From the NCBI GenBank assembly GCA_051294375.1, contig CM119267.1, positions 8,765,977 through 8,829,976 of the forward strand: a DNA stretch of 64,000 nt, written 5' to 3'. The stretch comes from Paraspadella gotoi. Lineage: Eukaryota > Animalia > Chaetognatha. Below the pieces are notes generated by a model. The model was given only the letters and a program-made list of their open reading frames with translations. It made no database searches and had not been told where the DNA came from. Positions 1 through 24,496 of this stretch are shown here, one piece after another; position 1 is the stretch's first letter; every line of letters starts with the position of its first letter. The translations under genes were made by a program, and so were the position numbers.

Positions 1-2700
1 AAACATAACAATAGAACTGCAACAGTTAAAAAAAATCATAACAAAAGCCATAACGGAATCACGTCGACCACTATTGCATAAACAAAAGAGGATAAGAAAA
101 GCCACACAATACCCAACGAACACCCCCCAAACCACTGCCCCAAAAAACACAAGCAAACCACAAACAAAAACACCAACCACAAACAAACAAAGCCAAACAA
201 CAAACACAAAAATAAAAAAAAGCAAAAACGAACAACAAAAACTCGGACAAAAAAACAGAACAGGACAATCCAACAAACTCCACACAAAGACAAAAACAAA
301 GACAAATCAAAAACAAATAAAAAAACAAACAAAACATAATAGATACAACAGAACAAAAAAAAAGATCAAAAATGACACAACAAAAAAAACCAAGGAAAAA
401 ATAAAAAGACACTAAAATAAAAATAAAACAAAAATAAAAGGATAAAAACTAAAATAGAAAAAAAAAAAAACAAAAAAAAACAAAACTAAGACACCAAAAA
501 TCAAAAAAACACCAAAAGCAAAAGAAAGACAGAAAGAAAAAAAAACCAAAAAAAAAACAAACAAAAATAAATCAGCAACCACAGAATAAAACATAAAAAA
601 AAACCGAAAAGCGCACCAAAATATAAAACATATTAAAACTAATTATCACACGAAAAAATAACACATGTGAACACGAATTCAAATAACAAAACACTCTAAC
701 ACACCAAAATAAAAACTAAAATAAAAAAAGTACACTATATAACTACACCTCCCTCCCCTCTCCAAATCATCCACAAAAAAAAAGCGAAAAACGATAAAAC
801 AATTAACCAAAATCAAATCCACCTAAAACAAATCAAACATAAAAAAAAATATAACACGTAACAATTAAAAAAAAAAAAAAAAAAAGCACCAAAAAGAAAC
901 AGAAAGAACAAAAAAAAAAGACACCTCCAGTAAAAACAACGCAAAAATACCCCCACTCCAACCACGAAAAAGACTACACAATAAAAAACTTCAAACACCA
1001 CTACAGACGCACACAATAACGTAGACCACTCAACAAGAAAGAAAACAGATCACATTACCCATCGCCACACGACGACAAACACACCCGTACAACTCGCACG
1101 AAAACGCACACACCCCTCTCGCCGCACCAACCCTCTCCCCCCCCGAGGACGACGCACACCAGCCGCGCTCCACACAACTCCCACAAATGAACCCCCATAC
1201 CAGAATAAACCCCACTAAACACTACAAAACAACCCTGCGCTAAGGGCAAACAATAAAATCACAAGTAAAATCCAACGATAACCGACAAAAACCTCCGACA
1301 ACAAGAAAAAGATCCCACAAAAAAAAAAAAGAAAAAAAAAGAAACAAGGCCCGCAACGCACCCCCCCCCCCGCCCCTCGAAACGAAGCAAAAACCAAATA
1401 GAACACGAGATTCAAGGAGAACACCAATAATCCCACCACCCACAAAACAAATCCCAGCACAAACAAACCAAACCCAAAAAAAACCTCTTAAAAGAAAACA
1501 ACAACACTACACACACCCAAAAGAAAAAAACCCAATCGACAGCAACAAGAACAGCAAGAAAAAACCACACAACCAACGAACACAACCCAAAACAAAACAC
1601 TATACACACTCAAAAACGACCACAATATCCAGCAGCGCAAATGACACAAAACAAACAAAACCACACCAAGAAAAAACCACCCAGCGCGACGCGAAGAGGA
1701 AGAAAGACAAACAAAACAACCACCCACGACAAAAACGCAAACCCAACAAAAACCCCACAGCCAAAATATATGCAATTCACCGCCACACCCAACCAACAAA
1801 ATAACGATTAACCGAAATAGTCTTGAAACCAAACAATCAACACATCAGTAAACTAAATGTAATTGAATAATAGAGAGAATAAAAAACCTACTAAAAATTA
1901 GCAACAAACTCTGAAACCCAAAACCACTAAAATGGTAAAAAAAAAAATCCAAAAGACTAATTTCACATTAGAATGATGAATAGAAGAACTTGATATATAT
2001 AGAACCCTCAAATCAAAGAAATGGAATATCAACGAATAATACTCTCCATTCAACGAAAAAAATACAAAAGACCCAAAGAAATGAATAAACAAAAAAAAGA
2101 ATAATACAAATCTCCCAACTAAGACTCTAAAAGAAATTAACCAGATGAAACAAAACACTTGACCCTAGTAAAGTTAATAATATGATCGCACCCCCAACAC
2201 CCAACCAACGCAGCAACCCCAATGCGGCAACCCCAACCACTCAACCATAGTCAATATAATCTCAATTAATCTCAACGAACAACACAACACCAACAACAAC
2301 TGCCACTCTGAATCCCAAATCCTTCCAGATCACAAGAACAACAAATGACTGAAACCTCGTAACCCAACTCCAAACAAACATCGACTCTGCGCCTAAGAAA
2401 CTCAAGTATAAAAACTCCCAACCCGCCAAATTGATCGATGCAAAAGGAACATGAAGCCCGCACACCCAAACCCCACTACCCAGAAAGAAAAACAAAGCAC
2501 CGCGATCGAAGCGAGCACGCAACGAACAGACGAACCCAGACGAAGACACCGCAAGGCACCAAACCCAAAAAAACCCAAGAAATCACCCAAACAGAACACG
2601 GACCCGCCACAGCACCTCGGAATGACACGAACAAAAAAATCAAAACCATCGTCATAACGAAGACACCTCAACCGCGACTCCAAGAGAAAAAATCTGGTTG
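1..2700. other. Low-quality, A/C-skewed sequence (probable unpolished read tail)
   Basis: Extreme A+C excess with G and T scarce, no periodicity, and a gradual return to normal composition around 1850-2750. ORFs here are K/T/Q/N-rich on plus and F/V/L/C-rich on minus, a by-product of composition. Confidence 0.75.
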
Positions 2701-3100
2701 TGAAAAAAGACTCGATAATCTGTGAAATGAAAGAAAAAAAAACTTAAGAAATAGGAGAAGCTGTGAAAAAAATAGCGAATTGTTTCTTCGATTAGCTTTT
2801 GCCTTTTTTCCCCTTTTTTTAGTTTTCTTCCTTGTTATAAGATTTCATGTTGCAAATTTATTCCGATTATTTTTTTCTTTTTGAATTTAGACGGCTAACT
2901 CTTGGAGCTAATTAAATAAATAGATTTCTTTCATTATTTATTTCTTTTTCAAAATAATGGCAATATTTTGTTCTTTTGTTTATTCTTTCTATTCAATTAG
3001 ATTTTCCTTTGTTTGTGATTGGCCTCATTTCATGAAGAAGGTGCCTTGTTTGACTCCCTCAGTAGCAAAGCAACAACACCGAGACTCCCGCGTGAGTGTC

Positions 3101-3151
<51 letters not shown>

Positions 3152-3691
3152 CTCCCCTCTTTCTTCCTCCCATTCTTGTTCTCTTTCATTGCTCCGCACT
3201 TTCCGAGCGTCCCATTTCTCCTTTTAACTTATTTCTTTTTTTCTTTTTTTTTCTTTTTTTTTTCTTTAACTCTATTTTCTTCCCCGGTTTTTGGACACAA
3301 CATTTCCGAGCGCCCATTCCTCCCGACCGACGCCATTTTTTGCCATATTCGTTTGCCATTTCTTAGCGTCACTTCCTAGTGACCTTTCCATAGCTATAGA
3401 CCGAGTACATTCGTTACTGCAGTCTGGTTTCATTTAAGGGTTTTTTAGTCTTTTTCAGCTCTGACAGTCAACTTTAGCAACCCCAGCCACTTTGCGAAAC
3501 GACCTGTAAATTCAGCCCACGTCGGCATACTCACAGAGCTGCAGCATAGCGTAGCGGCGCTGCTTTTCCGGCGGCGGATGAAGCGGTCGCGGCGTCTTCT
3601 GCGCGGCTGCCGTTGAAACTGATGTAGTAACGACTGAGAGTCAAAGAAATGAAGAAAAACATCCTTCGACTGAAAACGAACGAGAAGAGAG

Positions 3692-3770
<79 letters not shown>

Positions 3771-5121
3771 GGAGGGAGAAACAAAAACAAAACATGCGAG
3801 CGATAAGGGGATCGTAATTTATCGATGTTATGCGCGAAGTCGCTTCGAAAACAGCGCTGTGTGGAATTTGTGTGGGGGGGGCGGTGTGCGGGGGGGAAAG
3901 AGAGTAGGCGTGTGGGGTTAATAGAGAAAGTAGATGCTTTCAAATTACTGTAAAAGAGAGTATGAATAGTGGTAACCACGAAAAATACTTCCCAGATGTC
4001 AAATCCAGTGTATTTGGCAACCATTTGCAATGCTGAAGAAATTTACTGCTTTTGGTTTGCCTACGAACCAAGTGGTCGTAATTTATTGTCAATGAAAAAA
4101 ACGACGGAAAAAATACATTCGAAACAAAAAAGAGGTACTTTTCATAATTCCTGAGCAGAAGTGAGTAAAGACCCATAAACAGCTTGAGTGAGGGGCTAGA
4201 AACTCGGACAAATGTAGTTAAACCTTTGGTAAAGAAAGTTAATTACGATTGTAAATCCTACTCAGATGAGAAACGGCATCTTGCGTTTGATTGGTTGAGT
4301 TTAGTTGACGCCGAAGAAAGGAAACGTCGACGACGACGACAACGACAACGTCAACGTGCGAAAACAATTATGTGGAAATTTTTACATGAACAACGTTCGC
4401 CATTTGCAAACGTAGCGCCAGTTTTGTTCCAATTGACTAAAATCTGGCGCGCAACAGCTTGTACAAAATGAATGCAATAAATGTACATCTATAGATTTTA
4501 ACATAAAGCAGAGAAAAAGTAAACAAGTAAAAAAAGGTCTGTTACTCTCCGTCATGCAGTGGCTTACTTTTTTTTGTTCTTTATTATTGTCTTATTTCAC
4601 TCTTTTAATTCATGTATCTTAAATATTGCACTTTCCCCCAACTACTTTCCTTTGTTTTTCCCTATCAATTCGTCTTTTGCTTCTCGTTTTCATTTCTCTT
4701 TCTTTCCCATTTTCCTTTTTTCTTCCCTTTTTCCCCCCCTTTTTTTTTCCGGGGAGGAAAAACGCTTTTGCCAAAAGGAAGACAAAATAGATTCGCTTTT
4801 AAAGCTTCGCGAGGACCATATGAATTTGCAGCGCGAAAAGCCGGGCTGCAAGGAAATGACGCACAAAGGAAGAACTTTTCTTTTTTTTTCTTTTTTGTCC
4901 AAATACTAGTAATGGTTTGAGAGTCCTGATGGTTATAAACTCCGTTTCCAGCTTAAATTCGTAAACGAAAGGTTAAATTAAAGGGTAAACTTAATATCTA
5001 GAAGTAGGGACCACTTATGGAAAGATAAGTACCTCGTATCCATTCATAAATAACAAACATTTTTTATGGTTTTTAAATCAAAATCCTATTAACGTTGAAA
5101 ATGATTTTCTTTTCTCTTCAG

Positions 5122-14862
<9,741 letters not shown>

Positions 14863-15453
14863 GTATGTTCAGTCCTTACATTACATTACATTACATTACA
14901 TTACATTACAATATCCGTTTATCCGTCAATTTACCTGTTTGCAAATATTCAAAGAAAAAAGATAAATTCAATCGAGGACTAGTTTTTTGAAAAAAAAATA
15001 TTTTTTTTACTCCCATCTTAAATAAAATCAATGCAAATGACGACGAAGACGACGACGAAAACGAAAACGACCAAAAAAAAAAAAACATTTTTAAAAAATG
15101 ATTTTTAATCCGAAGCAAATTTTTTTTTTCTCCTCCTCCCTCCGGTCTTTGCAAAGTGCTTTTGATTGCTTAACTAAATAACTCGAAAGGAAAATAAATA
15201 AAAATAAAGAAAAGAATATTTCGCTTTTGACGAAAAAAACAAAAACCGGGGCAGATTTTTTTTTTTTAAATTCGTTGCCCGCCGGTGAATTTTTCTTTTA
15301 ACTCGGAAGGGAGAAAAAAATCCTTGAAAATCTCGCCCGAAAAAAAAAAAAAAAAAAAAAAGAAAGATGAAAAAAATTTTCATCTTCTCCGCCATTTTTT
15401 TTTCCATTTCTCTCTCTTTTTCTGACGGATTTTTTTTTTTTTTTTAGTTCCTT

Positions 15454-15527
<74 letters not shown>

Positions 15528-18324
15528 GCCTCTTCCGTCGCTTCTCTCTTTTATCATCTTTCAGTCGCTTTTTTTTTTCTTCGGTGCCTCCTCTCAGCCT
15601 CGCGTTTCGCTCCGCAACCGTAAAAAAAAAAAATCTTTCGTTTATTCAGTCCCCGTCTCACTTTGCGACCTTCACTCTGTACCGGGTTATCGCATATCTT
15701 TACTCTCAAATTCTTTGCCGTGTATTTCCCTGCCTCATTTCCATCAAATTTTTTTTCTGCCATTATTTCCCCACCCACTTTATTTTATTTTTTTTTAATT
15801 CATCCTACTTTTTTTCTAAATATTTTTTTAATCAATTTCCACTTTCCCTTTCTATGTATTTCCCATTCACTCTCTCCCCTTCTCCCCCTCTCTCTTCCCC
15901 CCCCCTTCCCATCTCTTCCCACCTCTTTCCCATCTCTTCCCCCCTCCTTCCCATCCCTCCCTCTTTGCCTCGGCTTCATTCATTTTTCACACCGAATTTT
16001 GAAATGAGATTTTAAGCCTCAAAGCTTTTACTGTCACGTTCTTCATTCTTCTTTTCGTCTTCTCCTGGGAAGTGGGGGGAAAAGGAGGAGGAGGAGGAAG
16101 AGGAGAAGGGGTGGACGAGGCGAAGAAGGAGGGAAAGAAACGAATATGCGCAGAACAAGCAGAGTAGGTTTGATTAAGACGAGGAAACCTCGTGAAAGGC
16201 TTCGAGCTATAATTTGACAAGGTTTCCCTGATAGATTTAAAAAAAATTGGGCCTCTATGGTTGCCTTCTTTAACGTTACAGTTGATCGATTGATCGTGCC
16301 TCTCCTCATTTTCTCGTCGCCTGACCTCAAAAGCCAATCATATTAATTACCGTTCATTAGATAAGCACGAATTTCAACACATTTCTTATTCTTATTTCTA
16401 TTTCCACGGCCCCAATCTCACTTAACCCCCTCCTTCCTCTCTCCTTCCCGCTTTTTCCTCTTTTCAACCCCCTGGGCACAAAACGAGAAGGCGAAAGTTG
16501 TCCCGTGGGCGTGACAAGAAATTCGAGCTCGACTCTATCCTCTCTCTTGTGTCCGCCCCCCCCCTATTTCCCCCCCCCCTTTTGCTGAGGCCATTTTGGC
16601 GACTTCCCGACGTTTAGTATTTAAACTTCAAAAGAAGAATAATAATTTTTTTAATAAATGATTATTTATTATTAATCCTTATTAATTAATGAAACAAAAC
16701 TATTTTCGGATAAAATTTTGTCTCTGTCTACAAAAGAAAAAGCAGAACAGAGTTAACGGGCATCAGTTGCTAGCACATTCCATTTACTTTTTATTTACAA
16801 GTAATGCTACATTGAGAATTTACAACACTTTTGCTTCTCTCCAAATCTATTCGCCATTTTTTTTAGCACTCTTGCTGCCCTTTTCATGCCCTTTTCCTAG
16901 TTTTTCTTTCTATAGTCTCTCTCAACTCTTAATTTACCTTGCTCTTGCACTTTCCAATTTCCATGCCATCTCGCTACCCCTTCCATGCACCCTCGTCTGG
17001 CCTTCTTTTGCCTTCTCGCCCTTTCCATGCCCTCGATATGACATCGAGGGACGTGAAGTAGATTAAAGCGGAGGGAAAGCGCGAGTCGGACCGGAAGTGG
17101 GGTCGCGCCCGCGACTTGACGAGGGATCGCGGCTCGGAGGAAGCGCGGGGGGGAGGAAAGGGTGGAGGGAGAGAGGAAGAAGAAAAAAAAAGATAGGTTG
17201 GAGAAAAGAGAAGATGACAGGGAGGAGGAAGAGCGGAGGGGGAGGAAAGGGTGGAGGAAAGTATAGGAAAGGATGGAGAGAGAGAGGAAGAAGAAAGGAA
17301 AAAGATAGGTTGGAGAAAAGAGAAGATGAAAGGGAGGAAGAGAGCGGAGGAAAGAAAGCAGGAAGGAGGTATCATAGAAAGAAAAAAAAGTGGAGAAAAC
17401 TGAAGAATTTAACTGGATAAAAAGAACAATGGTTTAATAATTAATACATGAAAGAAAGGAGCACGACGTTGAATGTAGATATTGTTTGGGATGAAAGAAA
17501 CGTGAGTTTAATCGAAATGTTTTTTTCTTGCTCTGAGGATTAGCCGAAGACTTTTTTCTCAAGTAATTACAGACGACCGCCACTTAAACTCCAGAGTCCG
17601 TTACCTTCTCTCGTTTTTAACTGCTCCTCACAATTTGGCAATTCTATTTTTAGAAAGCGCGAAGTTTTTTTTTTCCTCGGTCGGATTGTTTGGAAGAATC
17701 TCGAGGAACCAGGAGGCGTTTTTTTTTTTTTTTTTGGAGGGGGAGGCGTAAAGAATCTTTGACCTCGGACACGCCCCACCAACGATGATCCTTGACCTTC
17801 CAACGACCCGCCAACGCCCTCGCTGCGCCCGTTGTTTTCCATAATCCTCTGTTCCTCACTGGATTCCTTCGTTTTTGTTTGTTTCTTTCTTTCTATCTTT
17901 CTTTCTATCTTGCCCCCTTCTCCAATTGTCCCCCGCTGCATCCGAGATTCCGTTACGAGGTTTCGAGTTGACCCCGCACTTTTTTTTTTTCTCTTCTTGT
18001 GCCCGCCCTTCTTATCCGCCTCTGGCTCGGCGCGATTGGTTCGATAGTGGGAGAGTGAATGAAATTTTCGGGAGTTCGTGGCTTTGGCCCTTACATTGTT
18101 TATGGAGGTCGCGGTTCAATCTTGGCTCATCCCTTTTCCCCACATTGGTTGAAATATCTTAAGAAACCATTCGGTACATACGTGCCGTCGAAATGTTGCC
18201 CGGCCACCCTATCTTCCCCTGCTTTCCCCCCTTCTCCCCCCATCTCCGCTGAAGCGGCCATGTTTTCCTCTGTTCTCGCGACTCCTTAACGACCCTGACC
18301 CCCAGAAGCAAGATGCTTGCGGCG

Positions 18325-18429
<105 letters not shown>

Positions 18430-21335
18430 CCGGCGACGAGAGGTTCCCAGTTTCGCCAGATCTGAATATATTTTGTCGGTCGAGCTTGAGGCGTCAACGG
18501 CCATAATTATTTTGAGCCGGTTGAGCTTCGGGTGACTATAATTTTTTTTCTTTACTTTTTTATTAATTTTTTTTTTTATTTATTTTTTTACTTTCTTACA
18601 TTTTTTTTTTGTTGCGAAGTATATCATCTACGGAGATGTAGTTTTTTGTAATTACCCGTTACTTTTGTCTCGAGTAGTAACGGTATCGTCACGCGCACTC
18701 TTACGTGATCTTTTTTTCGTTTTTCGTTATTTTTTCTCCAAAAGAGGGAACTCACTGGCGTTTTGGAGATTTTTTTAAAAAAAGTGAACAATTGGCGAAA
18801 GACTCGATACTAATGCAGGTCACGTCCGAGCAAACAAGGTTTTTACTGGTTAAGCAAATGCCCGTGGAATGTCGGTTCCAGGGCGTTCAACGGTCGGCCA
18901 AGGGGGGGGACCGGATGGGTGGTTGGTTTTGGTACTTATGGTGGGAAGTGATCGACAAAATCCTTTTTTTTTGTTTCCTTTCGCATGTGAGACGACAACG
19001 ACAAAGACAGTGATAACGACGATGTCGACGACAAAGCCAACGAAAACGATAGCGACGACGACGACGACGAAGACGACGACGAAGACGACGACGATTTTTC
19101 CGAACGAACGTTGATCGAGCGGAGAAGGCAGTTAAATGAGAAAAGGCCGCCCGGTGGTTCGGATGGTGGCGGGGGTAGATCGGCGTAGTTGGGATGTGAC
19201 CGAGGGTGATCGGATCCATGCCACCCGACGGAAGTTTTCGGCAGTTGGAAATTCTGCAAAGTAGTTTCGTGAACAACTTAAATTTACGGTTATTTTTATT
19301 CAAAAATAAGAAGATGTTGCGAATCCTAGTAGAACTCATTCAAACCAGCCCAAGACTCTCGTTGGACCCGAAGTGGGAGAACCCCATGCTTAAACCCGGC
19401 CAACCGGAAGCAATTTGTTGTTTAAAGTCGTCGTCCTTGTCGTCGTCGTCGTCGTCGTCCATGTCGTCGTCGGCGGCGACATGAGCGTCGCTACTGGCCT
19501 TTCGGACGGGGAAAGCGAAGCCGACTTCGTTATCCCGCGCGTTTCTCACCCTGGCGGCCTTAAAACGACTTTTAACGACGACGGTGGGGAGAAAAAAAGA
19601 GCAACTCCTTGGGGGGGGACTTTAAAGGGATGAAGGTTGAAATAAAGAGGGAAGCATGGATGTGGTAACTAAAAAAAAAAACTAATTAGTAGCGGTAGCA
19701 TCAGTGGTAACAACAGCAAATTAAAATGGCTAATTGATAATTTTTCTTACTGACTTCTCGGGATTGTTGATGGCTTGTCAGAGAGATTACCTGATTGTTT
19801 GTTTCCCAGACGGAAAAAATATCAGACGATGTTTGAATGGGATTTTAGTGATAAAAATTAAAATTAAAATGTGACCAAAGTCTGCCACGGTGGCCAGAGA
19901 CATGACCCAACATTACCTAAAACGTCTTCCATAAAGGCTTACATCAAGAATGAAACCATTTGGTTAATAATTAAATATTAAGGTCGATGCAGGATAAAAA
20001 AAAATTAGAAAAAAAGATTTAGTTTCCCGCGAGAGCCCCCCCCCCAAAAAAAAAAAGGTTTCCTCCCTGGCGAGGTTCCCCGCGGGGGCAAAAAGGTTGG
20101 GTGAGGTTCAACGCACCTCGAGGTCGACGTCTCTGGTTAACGACTCAAAGCCGAACTCTTTAAGAACCTCCGCGGTTTAATGACAGGGAAACTAGACAAA
20201 GTACTTCTCTTTCTCTCTCTCTTCCCAAGCAAGGAGGAGGCGGGGTGAAGTCAGCCAGACGGTGGGGATGGGTGTGAAAGGGGAAGAGGGTGGGGATTCG
20301 GTATTGCAATACTATTCATGGAAGGTCTAGAAATAGTTTCGAAAATGAATGAATGTCATGAAGTTTCGGCAGAAACATTGAGCTTTGAAGTGAACATGGT
20401 CTCGAAGGTTAAGCGGGAAGAAGTTGAAGGGTTGGGACAAAAAAGGGGCGAAGGTAGAAAGATGGTTGAGGAAAAAGAAGATAAAAGGGGGGGAAAAAGA
20501 TGGCTGGTTCAATTCAACAAAAATCAATTAATTGAAATAAATTACGTGATTGTAATTAGGAGCGAAAGGAAAAGGTGAAAGGAGAGGAAAGAAAGAAATT
20601 AATGAAAAGGTAAAAAGTAGTTAGGAGGAATTGAGTTGGGGAAAAGAAATTACCGGAAAGGGAATAAAGGTGGAGGGAGATGAAAAACATATATTAAAGC
20701 AAGTAATCGGTTGAAAAAAAATGAAAGGAAAAGCGTTTAAAGCAAACTGAAAGAAAAGAAAATGAAAAAGGTAAAAAGAAATAAAGGCAAAGGAGGTTGG
20801 AGATCGGAGAAGGGAGGAAGGAGAAAAAGCGAGAAAAAGTCTCTTAACCGTCGAAGAATAATTTCCGCCACGAAACGGAGTGAATGAAAAGAACGTTAGA
20901 AAGGAAGATTGAAAAAGGAAAGGGAAGATGGGGGGCGGGTAAAAAAGGAAAGGCAGGATAGGAGAGATAAAAGGGAGAAGAAATGTCGAAAAAAAATTAG
21001 GATTTTTTTTTGTGAAAGGCAATTGGTTAGACTGTACCCCCCTCTAAGACGTAACCTTTCTCAACATTTTCCGATTAAAATTCATTATATTTGTTATAAG
21101 TATTTCTAAAATTATGCGAAAGTCTTTCTTAAAACTGCACCCACGCCCTCTGCAATCCTAACGTCTCCGACGCGTTTCGTTTTTTTCATTCAAGCAAGCA
21201 GAAAGAAGCAAATGCTTTCCTTCCCCCCCCCCTTCGCCCCATGTCACAGGTTGTGAGCTTCAATAAGTCACGAGCAGTTGAGTTCTAAAGGCGAAAAATA
21301 TCGTCGCCGATTTAAGTAAATGACTTTGCAGGAGG

Positions 21336-21375
<40 letters not shown>

Positions 21376-22188
21376 TCCCCCCTTATTTCTCTCTTATATT
21401 TTCTTCTATTTTTTACTTGCTTTGCCGATTGCGGTGATACACAACTCATGAAAAAGATTAAGTCCCGGCAAGGTTCGTGGCGGGAGGATTTAAAACGTTC
21501 ACTATGGAACTTAACTATGAGGTATCGCTTTTGTATTCAAGTCTTAAAATTACTTGAAGTTAAACGAGGGATCGAATGATTGTAAACATGATCCCGAGCG
21601 TCAAAAAGTATTTTAACATTTCATTCCATATTTCAACGTTAAACTAAAACGAAAGGAAATTAAAATTGAAATATTTCTCTCCGCAGTCGATCTAAATCGT
21701 TTCGTTTCTCTCTCTTTTGTTTTTGTCTCTCCCTCCGTCCATCCATCCGTCCATGAATCATTTTAGCGCCATTTGGTTGGATTGAGTCCAACGTTGGATC
21801 CAAACCAAATGCCATTAAGAGAAGGACGATAACTCTCATTGTTCTCGTCAAGATGCTTTTTTTCTCTTCTCTGCGTCGCTCGTGTGATCGTTCCGCTTCA
21901 TCGACGATGTGAATGGGGGATGGGGGGGGGTTTGGGTGGGCGTGGTCGCGATGCGCTCGCGGTGATATCGGCCCGATTGTCGTCGTGAGGGTAAGGCGGG
22001 ATGCTGTGGGCCGCGGCTGTCTTCGCCGTCGTCGTCGCAGACGTAGTTAATTATTGTTTTATTTTGTTGTTTCTATACGATTTTTCTGCTCATCTATTTC
22101 CTGTATTTTTTATTGCTCAGCTTACATTGTTTTTGGCATATTTCTCCTTGTATGATACTTGTATGATTTTTTAAAACTCCCAACTTTC

Positions 22189-22233
<45 letters not shown>

Positions 22234-24496
22234 TCTCTGTTTTCGTGGACATCGTTCCGCCTTTCCTCGGCTTCGTTCTGCTAAATCGGGTCAACCCCCG
22301 GGGGGACATCGCGTCGGGTCATACCCCCCGGGGAGGGGGGGACTAACCCGAATCGGGGTCAATTCCCCCGGGAGGCCGTCGCCCCGGGTCAAACGCCTCC
22401 CGACTCCGGGCCTCTCCCTTGCATTCTCGATTTTGTCCCCAGAGTCGATCGCGCGAAAATTTCTCCAGGGAGTTGAGAGGTCTATCTTGGAGCGAGTCTT
22501 TTGTTTGGGGGATATGGTGGTCTTAAAGAGGGACGTAGGGGGGGGAAGAGGTGGTTAAAGCCGCGTTTGAAGTTGGGTGAAGCTTTGTGATTCTGTGGTA
22601 GAGTTTTCGGGCTGGCGGGGTTATCAGTTCCATCCCTAATCACTTCCCTTCGCGAGCAACTTTTCTTAATGAAACGCAGAGAAGTGTTTGCCTAATGCCT
22701 TGTTAGAGTCAGAGGAGTTACTATTTTTAGCTCGCTTTTTACGACAACATCCAAAGGTAGAATTTGGTTATGCTTTGATTAGAACTTATTTTGTGGGAAA
22801 ACATTTTTTTAATTATCAAAGATCATTACATATATTGTAATATTGTACATACTCTTTACTTAAAATGAAAAAAAAACTTTAAATAGTTAGTCATCCGTAG
22901 CGTAGGCCGACTAGAAAAAAAGACGTGGGTTTTGTGCCTAATCTTTTTACAGGGTGATTCGTGCCCAGAGGTCACGTTCAGTTCTGTGGCGTCTTTGACG
23001 CTGGCCCCGCGGGCCCAGTTTTGGAAGGTCGAGCGACCTCATCTCGAACTGACCCCGTCTCCATTCAAGCGCCTCACCCTAATTTCCCCAAGTAGGCGCT
23101 CCAGGCTGTGCGAAAGTTTATCTCGGGGCGCCCGCCCACGAGACGCTTGCATCGCTGGCCCACAATGCCTTCGCGTCGCCCACCCACGAAACTTTTACAT
23201 CAACCACCGTTTGGTCCACTTCATAATGAATTATGAAGAAAGCTTTTATAATTTTCACTCTTATTCGTACGTATTTTTTTTTGGTATATATTTGTGATAG
23301 AAAGAAAAGAAATGATAGAAAAGAAAGAAAGAAAATAAATGAGTCATTTCCAATTTTATTCAGCAATTATTGTTTTTTCAAATGGAATACCATTTAACTT
23401 CGGAAAAGACGAGGTTTTCTCATTCCCCATTTTTCCCCCATTTCCCCTTCACCCTCTCGATCGCAATCACAGCTTTTCTGACCCTCACCCACTTCCCCCC
23501 AACCTCCTCCTGACGATCCCAACGCTCGGGATCAACGGCCCGAGTTCGACCTCTTCGATCTCGCCGAAGNNNNNNNNNNGCGAGGCGTCGGCGAGGCGTC
23601 GGCGAGACGTCGGCAAACATGGGCAAAACGTTCGTCCGCTTCCCATTTCGTATTCCGAGTTTTACTGATCCTCGCTTAATCCACTTTTCTGTGACCGCGT
23701 CACCTTTCGGGTCAGCGAGACGCTGCCCCCCCCTCTCGTCTAGTTTTCTTTCGTTCGTTTCTTTGTTCATTTATTCATTCGTTTCTTCGTGATTTCATTC
23801 ATTTCTTCTCTCGTTTTGACTTTTCTTGTCACAGTGAAAAAAACGATCGTGACTGCGAAATATTCTTTTTTTTTCCATTCCACAAAGACCACAACCATTT
23901 TCAAAACCACAACCACCACGCCACGTACCCGATCGCGACCTCGGACTCCCTTCAATTCCTTGACCTCAATTTCCGCTCGCACCTCGAGAACCGCTCTCCG
24001 CCACTCTACCCCCTTCGCCCTCGATCGCCACCCTCTCCCTTCTTTGCTAACCCCGACCAATTTTGTGACCCCGTTCTCGAAAAAATCCGTCTTGTTTCTA
24101 TTTCTTTCTCTTGATAGGTTCGGGTCACATCGGGGTCGCGGGAGGGCGACCGGGTCATCAAAAGACATTTGCCATGCAAAACAAACCGCGGAGAAAGCCA
24201 AGGCGCTCTCTCTCTTTCTCTCTCACCTCTCTCTCTCTCTCTCGCCCTCTCTCCGAGCAAAACAAACCATAGAAATCGCGAACCCTGCGTTTTTTCTTGC
24301 CCTCCGTCTATCTGTCGGTCTGTCTGACTGTTGTTATCCCAATCAACGTGTCCTTCATATATAAAAGGTCGCTTAGAAGTGCAGTAAGAAATTTATTTCA
24401 TTAAAGTGTTTTTTTTTTCTCATTTTCTTCATTGTTGTTCACGATCCGTCATCGTCTTTTCAACGCTTTTGTTTTCAACTTTTTTCAACAAGCTCC

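Noticed and set aside
1-2700. Many overlapping ORFs, including hydrophobic minus-strand ones that resemble membrane proteins or edited mitochondrial genes
   Set aside because: They arise from the extreme A/C skew, which removes stop codons. There are no motifs, and the pattern fits low-quality read sequence.
22953-23297. Possible terminal exon of the large gene after TTTTTACAG
   Set aside because: The phase is compatible, but composition and codon style do not match the gene and it lies 8 kb away. Unsupported without transcripts.
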